Assembly (NCBI GenBank): GCA_020073265.1
Contig: JAIQFN010000005.1
Location: 76,110-140,109, forward strand
Origin: Terriglobia bacterium
GTDB taxonomy: Bacteria; Acidobacteriota; Terriglobia; Bryobacterales; Bryobacteraceae
Length of the DNA stretch: 64,000 nt
Reading direction: 5' to 3'
Positions 24,317 to 33,437 of this stretch are shown piece by piece. The position numbers were made by a program, and so were the translations under genes. The notes beneath the pieces are model-generated. The model saw nothing but the letters and a program-made list of their open reading frames with translations, did not search any database and was not told where the DNA came from. The first letter of the stretch is position 1. Each line of letters starts with the position of its first letter.

Positions 24317-26631
24317 TCCTCTTGGATCCCTGCGTATTTTTCAATCAGCTTCTTCAAGCCGTATCCTTGGAAGCTTATCGTGAGCTTAGCATCGTCGCCC
24401 TCACCTTCGCGGCGTAGTATGGTGCCGAGGCCGTATTTCGGATGGCGGATGGTGGCGCCGGCGCGTAGGCCTCTCTTTCGAGGAGCTGGCACCGTCACTC
24501 GAGGCGGCGCGGTCTGCGGCGCGGCGCTGGGCACAACGGCTGCCGCCTGAGGCACCTTGCCGCGCTCGGCGAAAAACTGCTGGATGTTCTCCACCGAGTT
24601 GTAGGCTTTCCCGGTGTACAGATTGCGCCTGGCGGTCTCGCGCACTTCGTGGCGCTCGGCGAACAGGTCCACCCGCGGCGCCCGCTGCTGCCGGGGATTG
24701 AGATCTTCCGCGAGCGCCGCGGGCACCTCGCTCAGAAATCGCGACGGAATGGAAGCCTGCGCGTCACCACCGCCCCAGCGGCGCCGGTAGCGGGCGGAAG
24801 TGAGGTAGAGGCGCTTCTCCGCGCGCGTCATGCCGACGTAGCACAGCCGCCGCTCTTCTTCCATGGCGGCTTTCGAATCCAGCGAGCGCGAGTGCGGAAA
24901 CAGCCCCTCTTCCATGCCCGCCAGGAACACGATCGGAAACTCCAGGCCCTTGGCGTTGTGCAGAGTCAGCAACGAAACCGTCGCGCGCTCGTCGAGATTG
25001 TCGGTGTCGGAAACCAGCGCGGCGTGATCCAGAAATTCGGCCACGCCCTCGCCGCGCTCGGCGCCCTCGGACGCGGCATTCACCAGCTCGTTGAGGTTGT
25101 CCAGGCGGGATTCCGAATCCGGATCCTTGCCGCCTTCGAGCATCGCGATGTACCCGGTGCGCTGGAGAATCTCTTCCAGGATGGCGCTGACGGGCGCGGT
25201 GGCGAGCATGGCGGCCAGCTCCTGGATCATGCGGCGAAAGGCCTCGAGCGAGACTTCGGCGCGCGTCGGGAACAGCTTTTCTTCGAGCATGCGGCCAATG
25301 GCCGACCACACGCTCAGCTGGTGCTGGAGCGCGTACTGCTCGATCTGCTCGATGGTCCCCTTGCCGATGCCGCGCGCCGGCGTGTTGATGATGCGCAGCA
25401 GGTTGACGGAGTCGTGCGGGCTCTCGAGAATTTTCAGATACGCCAGGGCATCCTTGATCTCGGCGCGCTGGTAGAAGCTGAAGCCGCCCAGAACCACGTA
25501 GTCGCGCCCGTAGCGCCGCAGCGCTTCTTCGATCTGGCGGGACTGGAAGTTGGTGCGATACAGCACCGCCGCGCGATCGCCGGGATTCGACGCAAGCAGC
25601 CGCTCGATGGTATCGGCGATAAACAGCGCTTCCTGCTCGCTATCGAACGCGTCGAACCGGCCGATGCGCTCGCCCACGCCCGCTTCGGTCCACAGCCATT
25701 TACCCTTGCGCTCGGTGTTGTGGGCCACCACGGCGCTGGCGGCTTCGAGAATATTCTTGGTGGAACGGTAATTCTGCTCCAGCCGGATCACGGTGGCGTT
25801 GGGAAAGTCGCGCTCGAAATCCAGGATGTTGCGGATGTCGGCGCCGCGCCAGCTATAAATCGACTGGTCCTCGTCGCCCACCACCGCTACGTTCTTGCGC
25901 TCCTGGCTGAGCAGCCGCATGAGCTCGTACTGGCTGCGGTTGGTGTCCTGATATTCGTCGATCATGACGAATTCGAAGCGCCGGTTGTACTGGCGCCGCA
26001 GATCCTCGTCGTGCGCGAGGAGGCGTACGGCTTCGAGCAGCAGATCGTCGAAGTCCAGCGCATTGGCCTGACGCAGGCGCGCTTCGTAGCGGTCGTAGAT
26101 GGAGGCAAGCTGCGTGGTCTTTTGATCGGTGGACGCGGCGTAGACCTCTTCCGGCGAGGCCTTGCCGCTCTTCTTGTGGCTGATCCAGGAACAGACGGCG
26201 CGATACTGCATGAACTTTTCGTCCAGGCCGAGGCCCTTGAAGATGGACTTGATCAGCGCGAGCTGGTCGTCTTCGTCGTAGATGGTGAACTTGCGGGTGA
26301 AGCCGGGCCGGACGTCCGCCAGACGTTCGCCGTCGCGCCGCAGCAGGCGCACGCAGAAAGAATGAAAGGTGGAAACCAGCGGCGCCTCGCGCGATCCGAT
26401 GCCGCCCAACAGGTCACCGACCCGCTGCCGCATCTCGTCCGCGGCTTTGTTGGTGAAGGTCACGGCCACGATGGACGGTCCGGGAACATGGTGCTGCTCC
26501 ATGAGGTGCGCGATCCGATGCGTGATGACGCGCGTCTTCCCGCTGCCGGCGCCGGCGAGGAGCAGGAGCGGACCTTCGACATGCGCGACGGCGGCCTGTT
26601 GTTGCGGATTCAGACCCTGGAGGAAGTCCAT
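24313..26631 (-). CDS. uvrD: ATP-dependent DNA helicase UvrD/PcrA
   Basis: LNPQQQAAVAHVEGPLLLLAGAGSGKTRVITHRIAHL (Walker A), DEYQDTN, VGDEDQSIYSWRGA, TLHNAKGLEF, YVGMTRA. 772 aa. Confidence 0.95.
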   Translation of the reverse strand: MDFLQGLNPQQQAAVAHVEGPLLLLAGAGSGKTRVITHRIAHLMEQHHVPGPSIVAVTFTNKAADEMRQRVGDLLGGIGSREAPLVSTFHSFCVRLLRRDGERLADVRPGFTRKFTIYDEDDQLALIKSIFKGLGLDEKFMQYRAVCSWISHKKSGKASPEEVYAASTDQKTTQLASIYDRYEARLRQANALDFDDLLLEAVRLLAHDEDLRRQYNRRFEFVMIDEYQDTNRSQYELMRLLSQERKNVAVVGDEDQSIYSWRGADIRNILDFERDFPNATVIRLEQNYRSTKNILEAASAVVAHNTERKGKWLWTEAGVGERIGRFDAFDSEQEALFIADTIERLLASNPGDRAAVLYRTNFQSRQIEEALRRYGRDYVVLGGFSFYQRAEIKDALAYLKILESPHDSVNLLRIINTPARGIGKGTIEQIEQYALQHQLSVWSAIGRMLEEKLFPTRAEVSLEAFRRMIQELAAMLATAPVSAILEEILQRTGYIAMLEGGKDPDSESRLDNLNELVNAASEGAERGEGVAEFLDHAALVSDTDNLDERATVSLLTLHNAKGLEFPIVFLAGMEEGLFPHSRSLDSKAAMEEERRLCYVGMTRAEKRLYLTSARYRRRWGGGDAQASIPSRFLSEVPAALAEDLNPRQQRAPRVDLFAERHEVRETARRNLYTGKAYNSVENIQQFFAERGKVPQAAAVVPSAAPQTAPPRVTVPAPRKRGLRAGATIRHPKYGLGTILRREGEGDDAKLTISFQGYGLKKLIEKYAGIQEE

Positions 26632-27335
26632 CTAAGGGGTGGCACATCAATTTTAGCAAATGAGTTCGCGGGCGGCATGTGGAAGTTGACATATTCAATG
26701 TGGCGGGCTTGGTTGAGGCAGCGGGCGCGGTCGGCGAAGCGCGCGATTTGGTCTTTTGAAAAAACGAAGCCATGGCCGGCGGGATCGAAGGGAATCCCTT
26801 TGTGGTTGTGGAGTTCGAGGAGGGCGGCCGCGTCTTTGAGGTCGCGGCGCTCGCGCTCGCGGCGGTCGCTTTGGATCTCGCGGAGATGGTGGAGAGCTTT
26901 TTGGAACTGGCGGGAGAGGCGCTGGCTTTGGATGGAGAGGTTATTGATGAGGCGATGGGCGTCGACGATGTCGAAGGTCATTTCTTGATCAACGACAGCG
27001 GCTGGTTCGTTGGGCGGATTGGCGGCGCGGTGCAAGACGTCGGCTTCGAGCAGCGGGATGCGGTTGAGGCGCCAGGAGGTATCGGCCAGCTCGTTGACGA
27101 GTTGGGTTTCGGTGTGAGTTGCCGGTTGGTATTCGTCAAGGAAGGCGCGGCGGTGGGCTTCGTAGACGGCGGAGTCTTCCGACGGCAGGACGGCGGATGC
27201 GGCGGTGAGGCCGTGGCGGAGGGCGTTCAGCGACGAGCGCTGCTTGCCGGCTTCGGTGCGGGGGCCGGTGGAGTGTTGGGTGTTGGCGCGGTTGATGGCG
27301 CGGCGGCTGACGGGGGCGAAAGCTGTAGCTGACAT
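26610..27335 (-). CDS. conserved hypothetical protein
   Basis: 241 aa. N-terminal NRANTQHSTGPRTEAGKQRSSLNALRHGLTA, then a helical region. The 3' end overlaps the uvrD start by 22 nt. Confidence 0.6.
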   Translation of the reverse strand: MSATAFAPVSRRAINRANTQHSTGPRTEAGKQRSSLNALRHGLTAASAVLPSEDSAVYEAHRRAFLDEYQPATHTETQLVNELADTSWRLNRIPLLEADVLHRAANPPNEPAAVVDQEMTFDIVDAHRLINNLSIQSQRLSRQFQKALHHLREIQSDRRERERRDLKDAAALLELHNHKGIPFDPAGHGFVFSKDQIARFADRARCLNQARHIEYVNFHMPPANSFAKIDVPPLRWTSSRV

Positions 27336-27630
27336 GGTCGTGACCTCGGAACCGGGATAGCATGGGCGGGCGGCGGAAGCGCGGCGAGATTAGCGGAGGT
27401 GATTGAAAGAGAGGCGAAGATGGCGCAGCCGGGCGCGTGATTGGTCTATCGGGCCGCAGGCAGTTCCTCCGTTGGGCGTCTTCGAGGTGCAATCCCCCAG
27501 AACGGGACCATTCCCTTCGCAAAGGCAAGATTGGTGCGAGGCCAGTCTACAGCCGGTAAACCATCGCAAAATACTTGCCGTCATGTCTTGGTCGTACATC
27601 TCACCGACCCAGAGCTAGCGAACGGAAATA

Positions 27631-28410
27631 CTAACGGTATTCGAAACGAATCCGCCGGCCAACAGCGTCACCGGCACCGCGTCTCCGGCGGCCACTCCCT
27701 GCGTCAGTGGTTCGTTGGCGCGAAGCAAGGATCGCAACACCCAGGAGCGTGAGCACGACACCTCCGAAACCCGTCGTAAACGCCGACGAGCTTTCACTTA
27801 CCGCCGCGATGAATAGACGCGCCGTGCCCGCCAACAACAGCAGGAAGCCGGACATCTGTCCAGGCAGTTTGAGGCGTGGCAAAAATAGAACCACACCTAG
27901 GCTCGCCATCAAGGCCATCAGCGCCTCGAGTAATCCGAGATCGAATCTAGTCCCATCTGGAAACCGCACGCCGAGCGTGCTCGCGGTGGGGGCGCCGATG
28001 TGATCGTGGGCAAGAAAGCAGCCGGTCCGGACCAACGTCCAAGCAAACGGAAATGCGAACGCGAGCGCGTCCAGATAACGCCAGCGGAGGGGGCCGAAGC
28101 GCCAAAGGATAAAGAGGATTGTGAGCAGCGCGCCCGCGGTGAACCCAGCCGCGGATTGCCCGCTCCAGATCTCGAACGGGCCGGTGTGCGCCGCGGTTCC
28201 GGCGATGGCCCAGAGGTGTCCCGCAACGGCCGCGGCCACCGCTCCCCCAGCGTAGATCCACGACATGCTTCTTTCATCGAGACCGAGAGTTCGCGCGCGC
28301 CGCAATGCCAGAGAATGACCCGCCAGGATCGCGAGGCAAGCTGCGACACCGAACGCGTGCACCTCCAACGCGCCGATGTGGAACACGGGAGGCGGGAAAT
28401 ACGGAATCAA
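27631..28410 (-). CDS. lgt: prolipoprotein diacylglyceryl transferase (Lgt)-like membrane protein, divergent
   Basis: About 7 TM segments. HIGALEVHAFGVAACLAILAG…, EIWSGQSAAGF and LVRTGCFLAHDHIGAPT resemble the Lgt iGRiGCf region. ATGA overlap with the upstream lipoprotein gene. Confidence 0.5.
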   Translation of the reverse strand: MIPYFPPPVFHIGALEVHAFGVAACLAILAGHSLALRRARTLGLDERSMSWIYAGGAVAAAVAGHLWAIAGTAAHTGPFEIWSGQSAAGFTAGALLTILFILWRFGPLRWRYLDALAFAFPFAWTLVRTGCFLAHDHIGAPTASTLGVRFPDGTRFDLGLLEALMALMASLGVVLFLPRLKLPGQMSGFLLLLAGTARLFIAAVSESSSAFTTGFGGVVLTLLGVAILASRQRTTDAGSGRRRRGAGDAVGRRIRFEYR

Positions 28411-29600
28411 TGTAGACCTGCGGGAATCAAGGTCAATCCCATGGCGCCTGCATCGGTGGGCAGGTTTTGTACCAGCCTGTTTCCGATCGCGTCCACTAAT
28501 GAAATGATGTTGCTGTTATAGCTGGTGACGAAAAGCAGGGCTCCGTCAGCAGTAACCGCCACGTCCATAGGCTCACTCCCGACCGTAATCGTCGCGAGCG
28601 TGTTGAGAGTTTTCGTGTCCACTACAGCCAGAAGGTTCGGGCTGGTGGCGATGAATGCTTTGGTTCCGGTGGGATTGAAAGCCATCCCGGTGGAGACTAT
28701 GGCGTTAAACCTAATCCCCGCGGCAACGGTGAGTGTAAGCGTATCGACAATGTCCACCCCGGTCCCGTTGTAATAGTTCACCCACACCTGGCTGCCGTCC
28801 GGCGTTATCGTCGCGCTCCTCGGGTACGCTCCCCCAAGCGGAACGGTGGTCAAGATCGCGCGGTTTACCACATCGATTACCAGCAGCGACGGATTGGTGT
28901 TGAAATAGTTTGTGACGTAAGCGCGCGTTCCATCCGGGCTGATAGCGATTCCGGAAGGGTAAACCCCTCCAGTGGGTAAAGTGAACGTCACCTGGTCTGT
29001 GTTGGTGTCGATCCACACCACGTCGTTATCGTAGCGCGTCACCAGCGCCGTGGACCCGTCCGGCGTGATCGCCACCTGAAGCGGATTCGAGCCCACGGGA
29101 ATCACTTTCAGGATGCTTAGAGGGCACGTACCAACGGCGGTCACCGTTCCGTTGGTATGGTTCACCAGATAAGCTTTCGTGGTTGCGTTGCAACCGGGAG
29201 AAGTGATGGTCACCGGCGGCCCGAGCGGCAGGGGAACCAGATTCACGAAAGTATCGATCAGCGAGAACGGACTGTTCGAAGCCGCGCGCCTCGTAGACGG
29301 CTGGTTGAAACCGCCCTGAACAAGATTATGCTCAACCGCTTCGCTTAGTGTGAGCGGCCTCCCTTGCAATTCGGTGCTGACCGAGCAATCCTGGCCGTTA
29401 ATGGGATTGTTCACCGGCTGGGCCGTAGCCCCAGGGACCTTCGAAACCGACACGAGATAGAGCTGAAGGGTGCCACCCTCGCATTTCAAGATATAGTGGC
29501 TGACCGCGGGGTCCGGGGTGTCGAGGCATCCTGTCCCGAAGATCAACGCAAGAGCAGCGAGTAACAGGACAGCCAGCCTGCTCGCGATTGCCGGTTTCAT
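28407..29600 (-). CDS. lipoprotein with YVTN/YncE-like beta-propeller repeats
   Basis: Lipobox LALIFGTGC. Repeats ITPDGSTALVT, ISPDGTRAYVTN, ITPDGSQVWVN and VTADGALLFVTS. Confidence 0.8.
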   Translation of the reverse strand: MKPAIASRLAVLLLAALALIFGTGCLDTPDPAVSHYILKCEGGTLQLYLVSVSKVPGATAQPVNNPINGQDCSVSTELQGRPLTLSEAVEHNLVQGGFNQPSTRRAASNSPFSLIDTFVNLVPLPLGPPVTITSPGCNATTKAYLVNHTNGTVTAVGTCPLSILKVIPVGSNPLQVAITPDGSTALVTRYDNDVVWIDTNTDQVTFTLPTGGVYPSGIAISPDGTRAYVTNYFNTNPSLLVIDVVNRAILTTVPLGGAYPRSATITPDGSQVWVNYYNGTGVDIVDTLTLTVAAGIRFNAIVSTGMAFNPTGTKAFIATSPNLLAVVDTKTLNTLATITVGSEPMDVAVTADGALLFVTSYNSNIISLVDAIGNRLVQNLPTDAGAMGLTLIPAGLH

Positions 29601-31267
29601 TGAAACATCACCGTTTTGCCGCTGACTTCGACGCCGAGCAGCAACCCGGAGTCGAGGCCCGAGGCGCTAAACTGGACGGGACTCGCGATCGGCCACTGTC
29701 CCAAATAGACGGCGCCCTTGGACTGAATCAAGCGCACATGCGCGGGAGGGACGTTCGCCAAGACATCCGGCGGAACGGTGAGGCTGGTATCGCCCGGCTT
29801 GGCGATGCACAGAAACATCCCGGTGGAGTTCGCCGGGAGGTCGACGCCACCACCCGAAACGAAGACAGTTTGACCCGATGCGACGCCGGTCCAGGTGAGG
29901 GAGAAACCTTGAGTGCGCTTGATGGCCGAGAGCTGGTCGCGATTGGTCCAGCTGGGTGGAGAAGGCATCGTAAGGGTCGCTTGGAAAGGCTGGGTGTCTT
30001 GCCCGCCGGCGCCAGACAACGCGAAGCTGCCGGGGTTCAGAAACGAAGTGTTCGCGAGCCCAGGGATGGTCGGGATGGCGCCACCTAGAGGAGCGAGGTA
30101 CATGCCGGGCGCGAGCGCGGCGGCGGTTTGATTGGCGGGCGGCGTGCCGCCGGAGGAAATAGTGATCGATCCGCCGTCCAGGACGCGTCCGGTGGGCGGA
30201 GTCATGCCCGGCAGAAAGCCGGGGCTATTCGGAAAGTCGCCGGCGAACGTGTACGAGGTGCAGGTGCCGGCCGGCGGCAGCGAGAACATGGGATTGAAGT
30301 TGAACGGCCCGGGCTTCTCCTGAGCGAAGTAGGCGCCCAACAGGTCGCTGATGGTGTCGTTGACGTTGGCGACGCCGACATCGTGATGGACGGCGATGCG
30401 GGCGGCCATGATCATCCCGATGCTGCCCCCCTTGATCAAAGCCGACGGGAGCGTGTTCGATGGCTCGGAGCAGGGCTTACCGTCGGCGGTGAGCGCGATG
30501 CTGACGAAGTTGCTGACGTGGGTGCCTTTGGTGCGGACGTAGACCGGCACCCAGCAGCCGAGCGGCGCGTCGGCGGGAACTTCGAGCACAATCTGATCCA
30601 AGCCGGAGCAACACGAGCTGCGGCCGTTATACGCGATTTTGGCGCTCTTGCCGCCCACAAACACCTCCGTTTGGACGGACAGATTTCCGGGCGTTGGTGC
30701 GATGTTGTCGGGGAAAGTTACGGCGCCGAGTCCGGTTCCCCACAGCGTGAGGGTTTGACCGGGAGTGGCGCTCTGCTGAAGAGAGTTAATCGGCTGCTGG
30801 GTTTGAGATATGAAGTTGGTTAGAATTCCGGGACCCGAGCCGCTGCTGTTCGCCGTGAAGATTCCGAAGCTCGAATCGGTGATGCGGATCGGCACAGGAT
30901 TGCTGGGTGCGTTATTTAGGACGATTTTCAACGATGCCAGTCCCAGCGGCGTATTCGATGGCATGATGGCATTGATCTGACCGGGGCTAACATAGATCGG
31001 GATTGCGTTGATCACGGTTGACCCACTCGAGACCGTAACAGAAACGCCGCCGAGCGTGTTTTGAAGCGGGAAAGCGAGCCCTGGGCTGGATGCCGGTCCC
31101 AGGTTGCTTCCAAAAATCGTAAAGTCAGACCCTTGCGCGATGGCGCCGCCTGGAAGGCCTGGCGCCATGTAGCTCGCGCCATTCACCACGCCTCTTATGT
31201 AAACCAGCGGCCGTTGTGCAAAGATGCTGGCGGGAACTGCAAACGCAACCAATACTGCCAGGCGCAT
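29597..31267 (-). CDS. secreted protein with N-terminal TIGR03437-like Ig module
   Basis: Signal MRLAVLVAFAVPASIFAQ. GVVNGASYMAPGLPGGAIAQGSDFTIFGSNLGP…GQINAIMP…LTLWGTGLG parallels the C-terminus of the 15741 gene. Confidence 0.75.
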   Translation of the reverse strand: MRLAVLVAFAVPASIFAQRPLVYIRGVVNGASYMAPGLPGGAIAQGSDFTIFGSNLGPASSPGLAFPLQNTLGGVSVTVSSGSTVINAIPIYVSPGQINAIMPSNTPLGLASLKIVLNNAPSNPVPIRITDSSFGIFTANSSGSGPGILTNFISQTQQPINSLQQSATPGQTLTLWGTGLGAVTFPDNIAPTPGNLSVQTEVFVGGKSAKIAYNGRSSCCSGLDQIVLEVPADAPLGCWVPVYVRTKGTHVSNFVSIALTADGKPCSEPSNTLPSALIKGGSIGMIMAARIAVHHDVGVANVNDTISDLLGAYFAQEKPGPFNFNPMFSLPPAGTCTSYTFAGDFPNSPGFLPGMTPPTGRVLDGGSITISSGGTPPANQTAAALAPGMYLAPLGGAIPTIPGLANTSFLNPGSFALSGAGGQDTQPFQATLTMPSPPSWTNRDQLSAIKRTQGFSLTWTGVASGQTVFVSGGGVDLPANSTGMFLCIAKPGDTSLTVPPDVLANVPPAHVRLIQSKGAVYLGQWPIASPVQFSASGLDSGLLLGVEVSGKTVMFQ

Positions 31268-31270
31268 AGG

Positions 31271-31555
31271 CTATCGCCACCCCGAACGGCGGATGAAGCC
31301 CACAGACACCGGAAGAACAAAGAGTGCCATAGATGGCTCGGCTACCGCGGAAGGTTGTGCGACCACCGCGAGATAGATGTTAGCATGGAACGTTTTCCGC
31401 CGAACCAGCCCGATCGCTACCAGGCCGAGCCCAATCAACGCCACGTTGCCAAACTCCGGCACGGCCGATGACCCGCCCGCGGACGGGACCCATGAACCCG
31501 TCACCGAACCCGCCTCCTGGATGATGTCCCCGACGCCGCCACTTGATGTACCCAA
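31271..31555 (-). pseudogene. possible PEP-CTERM tail remnant (no protein body)
   Basis: …SSAVPEFGNVALIGLGLVAIGLVRRK… is PEP-CTERM-like. Only a TTG start is available, there is no SD, an in-frame stop lies just upstream, and the ORF runs ~40 codons past the RRK. Confidence 0.25.
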
Positions 31556-31855
31556 ATCCTCGTCAGCAGTAACCCGGGATTGCCGTTTTGGCCTCCTTTA
31601 TATAAATGTATCTAGCCGCTCGGTTCGGCGTGCCATTGGCCCTGGATTACGGTGAAACCTTCCATTACTTTTTCAAATTCGGGCTTCGGCATCGGCAGTG
31701 GGCTGGCGAGCGCTGCGAATACCGCGGGGTTTTGACAGATTGTCCGTGCACCTGAGGCTTTTCATAGTGCATCTATTTCGCACCACCCGCGGTAGTGTAC
31801 GATTACAATTGCGCCCCGGATCGCTGAAGGCCGGGCGCTTGAGCAGCGAGGAGAA

Positions 31856-33106
31856 ATGTCGATGAAATTGGCGAGAGCAGGGTTGCTTTTCACGCTGGCG
31901 TCGGTGGCGGCCTGGGCCCAGGTCAATGTGGGCGAACAGAAGCCCGAAGCCAGCCTGCCCTTCACGATGACCACGGTGACCACATTTAAACTGCCCTGGC
32001 GGCTGGCCTTCCTGCCGGATGGCCGCATGCTGATCACCGAAAAGGTCGGGCCGGTTTGGTTGGTGTCCCAGCAGGGAGAGAAGATCCAGGTGGAAAATAC
32101 GCCCCCGGTCTTTTTTCAGGGCCAGAACGGCATGCACGGCGTGTTCCTCTCGCCGCATTACGCCACCGACCACAGCATCTATCTCACCTATGCAGAGCCG
32201 GGTGATTATGGCGGAGGCCTGGCGCTCGCGCGAGCCAAGCTGAGCCTAATCCAGAGCCAGATCGGGCTAGCTACCGCCAGCTCGGCTAAACTCGAAAACT
32301 TCGAGGTGCTGTGGCGCCAGATGCCCAAGGGCAAGGGCGGGCAGGAGGGCGCGCAGATCGCCTTCTCACCCGACGGCAAGTATCTGTTCCTCGCGGTTGG
32401 CGACCGCCAGCGCATGACCCCGGCCCAGGATCCAGATCAGCCCGAAGGCAAGATCCTGCGCCTGACGCTGGACGGCAAACCAGCCCCCGACAATCCCAAT
32501 CACGGCAAGACCGGCGCTGCCAGCATTCCCCTGATCGATCCACCGCGTGACACGGAAGCCGCGAAGACCGCGACGGTGGTAAGCACCTATAACTTTTCCG
32601 GCCCCAATTTGACGCCGGCTGAAACCTGGGCCAGCGGCGTTCGCACGCCCTACGGCCTGGCTTTTTCGCCCAGCGGCGAATTGTGGGAGGTGGAGCATGG
32701 CCCGCGCGGCGGCGACGAACTGAACCTGATCGAGCGGGGCAAGAATTACGGCTGGCCGCTGGTCTCCTATGGGAACAACTATAACGGCGTCCCCATTCCC
32801 AGGCCCGACACGCAGCCCGACCTGGCGAAGCCGGTGCTCTATTGGGCGCCGGTGATCGCGCCGGGCAATCTGATGTTCTACAGGGGCACCAAGACCTTCC
32901 CGCAGTGGAACGGCAGCGGCTTCGTCAGCGGCCTCGCGACCAAAACGCTCAACCGCATCATCTTTGACGGCCACGGTGGCGCCAAGTCCGCCGAGCGCTG
33001 GGATGTGGGTCATCGCATCCGCGATGTGGAACAAGGTCCCGATGGCTCGCTGTGGATGCTCGAAGACGCCAATCCCGGCGCGCTCATCCATGTGACGCCC
33101 AAGTGA
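31856..33106 (+). CDS. PQQ-dependent sugar dehydrogenase (soluble glucose/sorbosone dehydrogenase family)
   Basis: Signal peptide. LPWRLAFLPDGRMLITEK, GKILRL and ELWEVEHGPRGGDELNLIERGKNYGWP. Confidence 0.85.
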   Translation: MSMKLARAGLLFTLASVAAWAQVNVGEQKPEASLPFTMTTVTTFKLPWRLAFLPDGRMLITEKVGPVWLVSQQGEKIQVENTPPVFFQGQNGMHGVFLSPHYATDHSIYLTYAEPGDYGGGLALARAKLSLIQSQIGLATASSAKLENFEVLWRQMPKGKGGQEGAQIAFSPDGKYLFLAVGDRQRMTPAQDPDQPEGKILRLTLDGKPAPDNPNHGKTGAASIPLIDPPRDTEAAKTATVVSTYNFSGPNLTPAETWASGVRTPYGLAFSPSGELWEVEHGPRGGDELNLIERGKNYGWPLVSYGNNYNGVPIPRPDTQPDLAKPVLYWAPVIAPGNLMFYRGTKTFPQWNGSGFVSGLATKTLNRIIFDGHGGAKSAERWDVGHRIRDVEQGPDGSLWMLEDANPGALIHVTPK

Positions 33107-33437
33107 TCACTTCGCTGGCGAGTGCAGTCCGGGCTAGAAAGATACTTTAGCTGATCTCAACCGAATGAGATGCCGGCACTCGTCGGAGCGCGCAGAAAGC
33201 GAAGCGAGTTTGTTGATTGGATGGTGCACGGTGACTGTGTAGTTTGAGCGCTTCCCAACCAAGCGGCGGCCGCGGCGTACGTCAGCGGATCGAAGCCGAC
33301 CGCGGTCCTGATCACTACCCAGCTTCCTTGAACGCGGTTCTGGAAACTTCCGGCGCGCGGCGGCCCGTCAGAGCAGGTGAGTGGCGTGAGGCCCAGCTCT
33401 TAGAGAGCGACGGTTCGGCGATTGTTACAATCGCGAA

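Noticed and set aside
27336-27630. ORFs of 69-130 aa in the 295-nt gap between the Lgt-like gene and the 241-aa hypothetical gene (27390..27599-, 27403..27618+, 27136..27528-).
   Set aside because: They overlap one another in different frames, have odd composition and lack SD or domain signals. The region is treated as intergenic.
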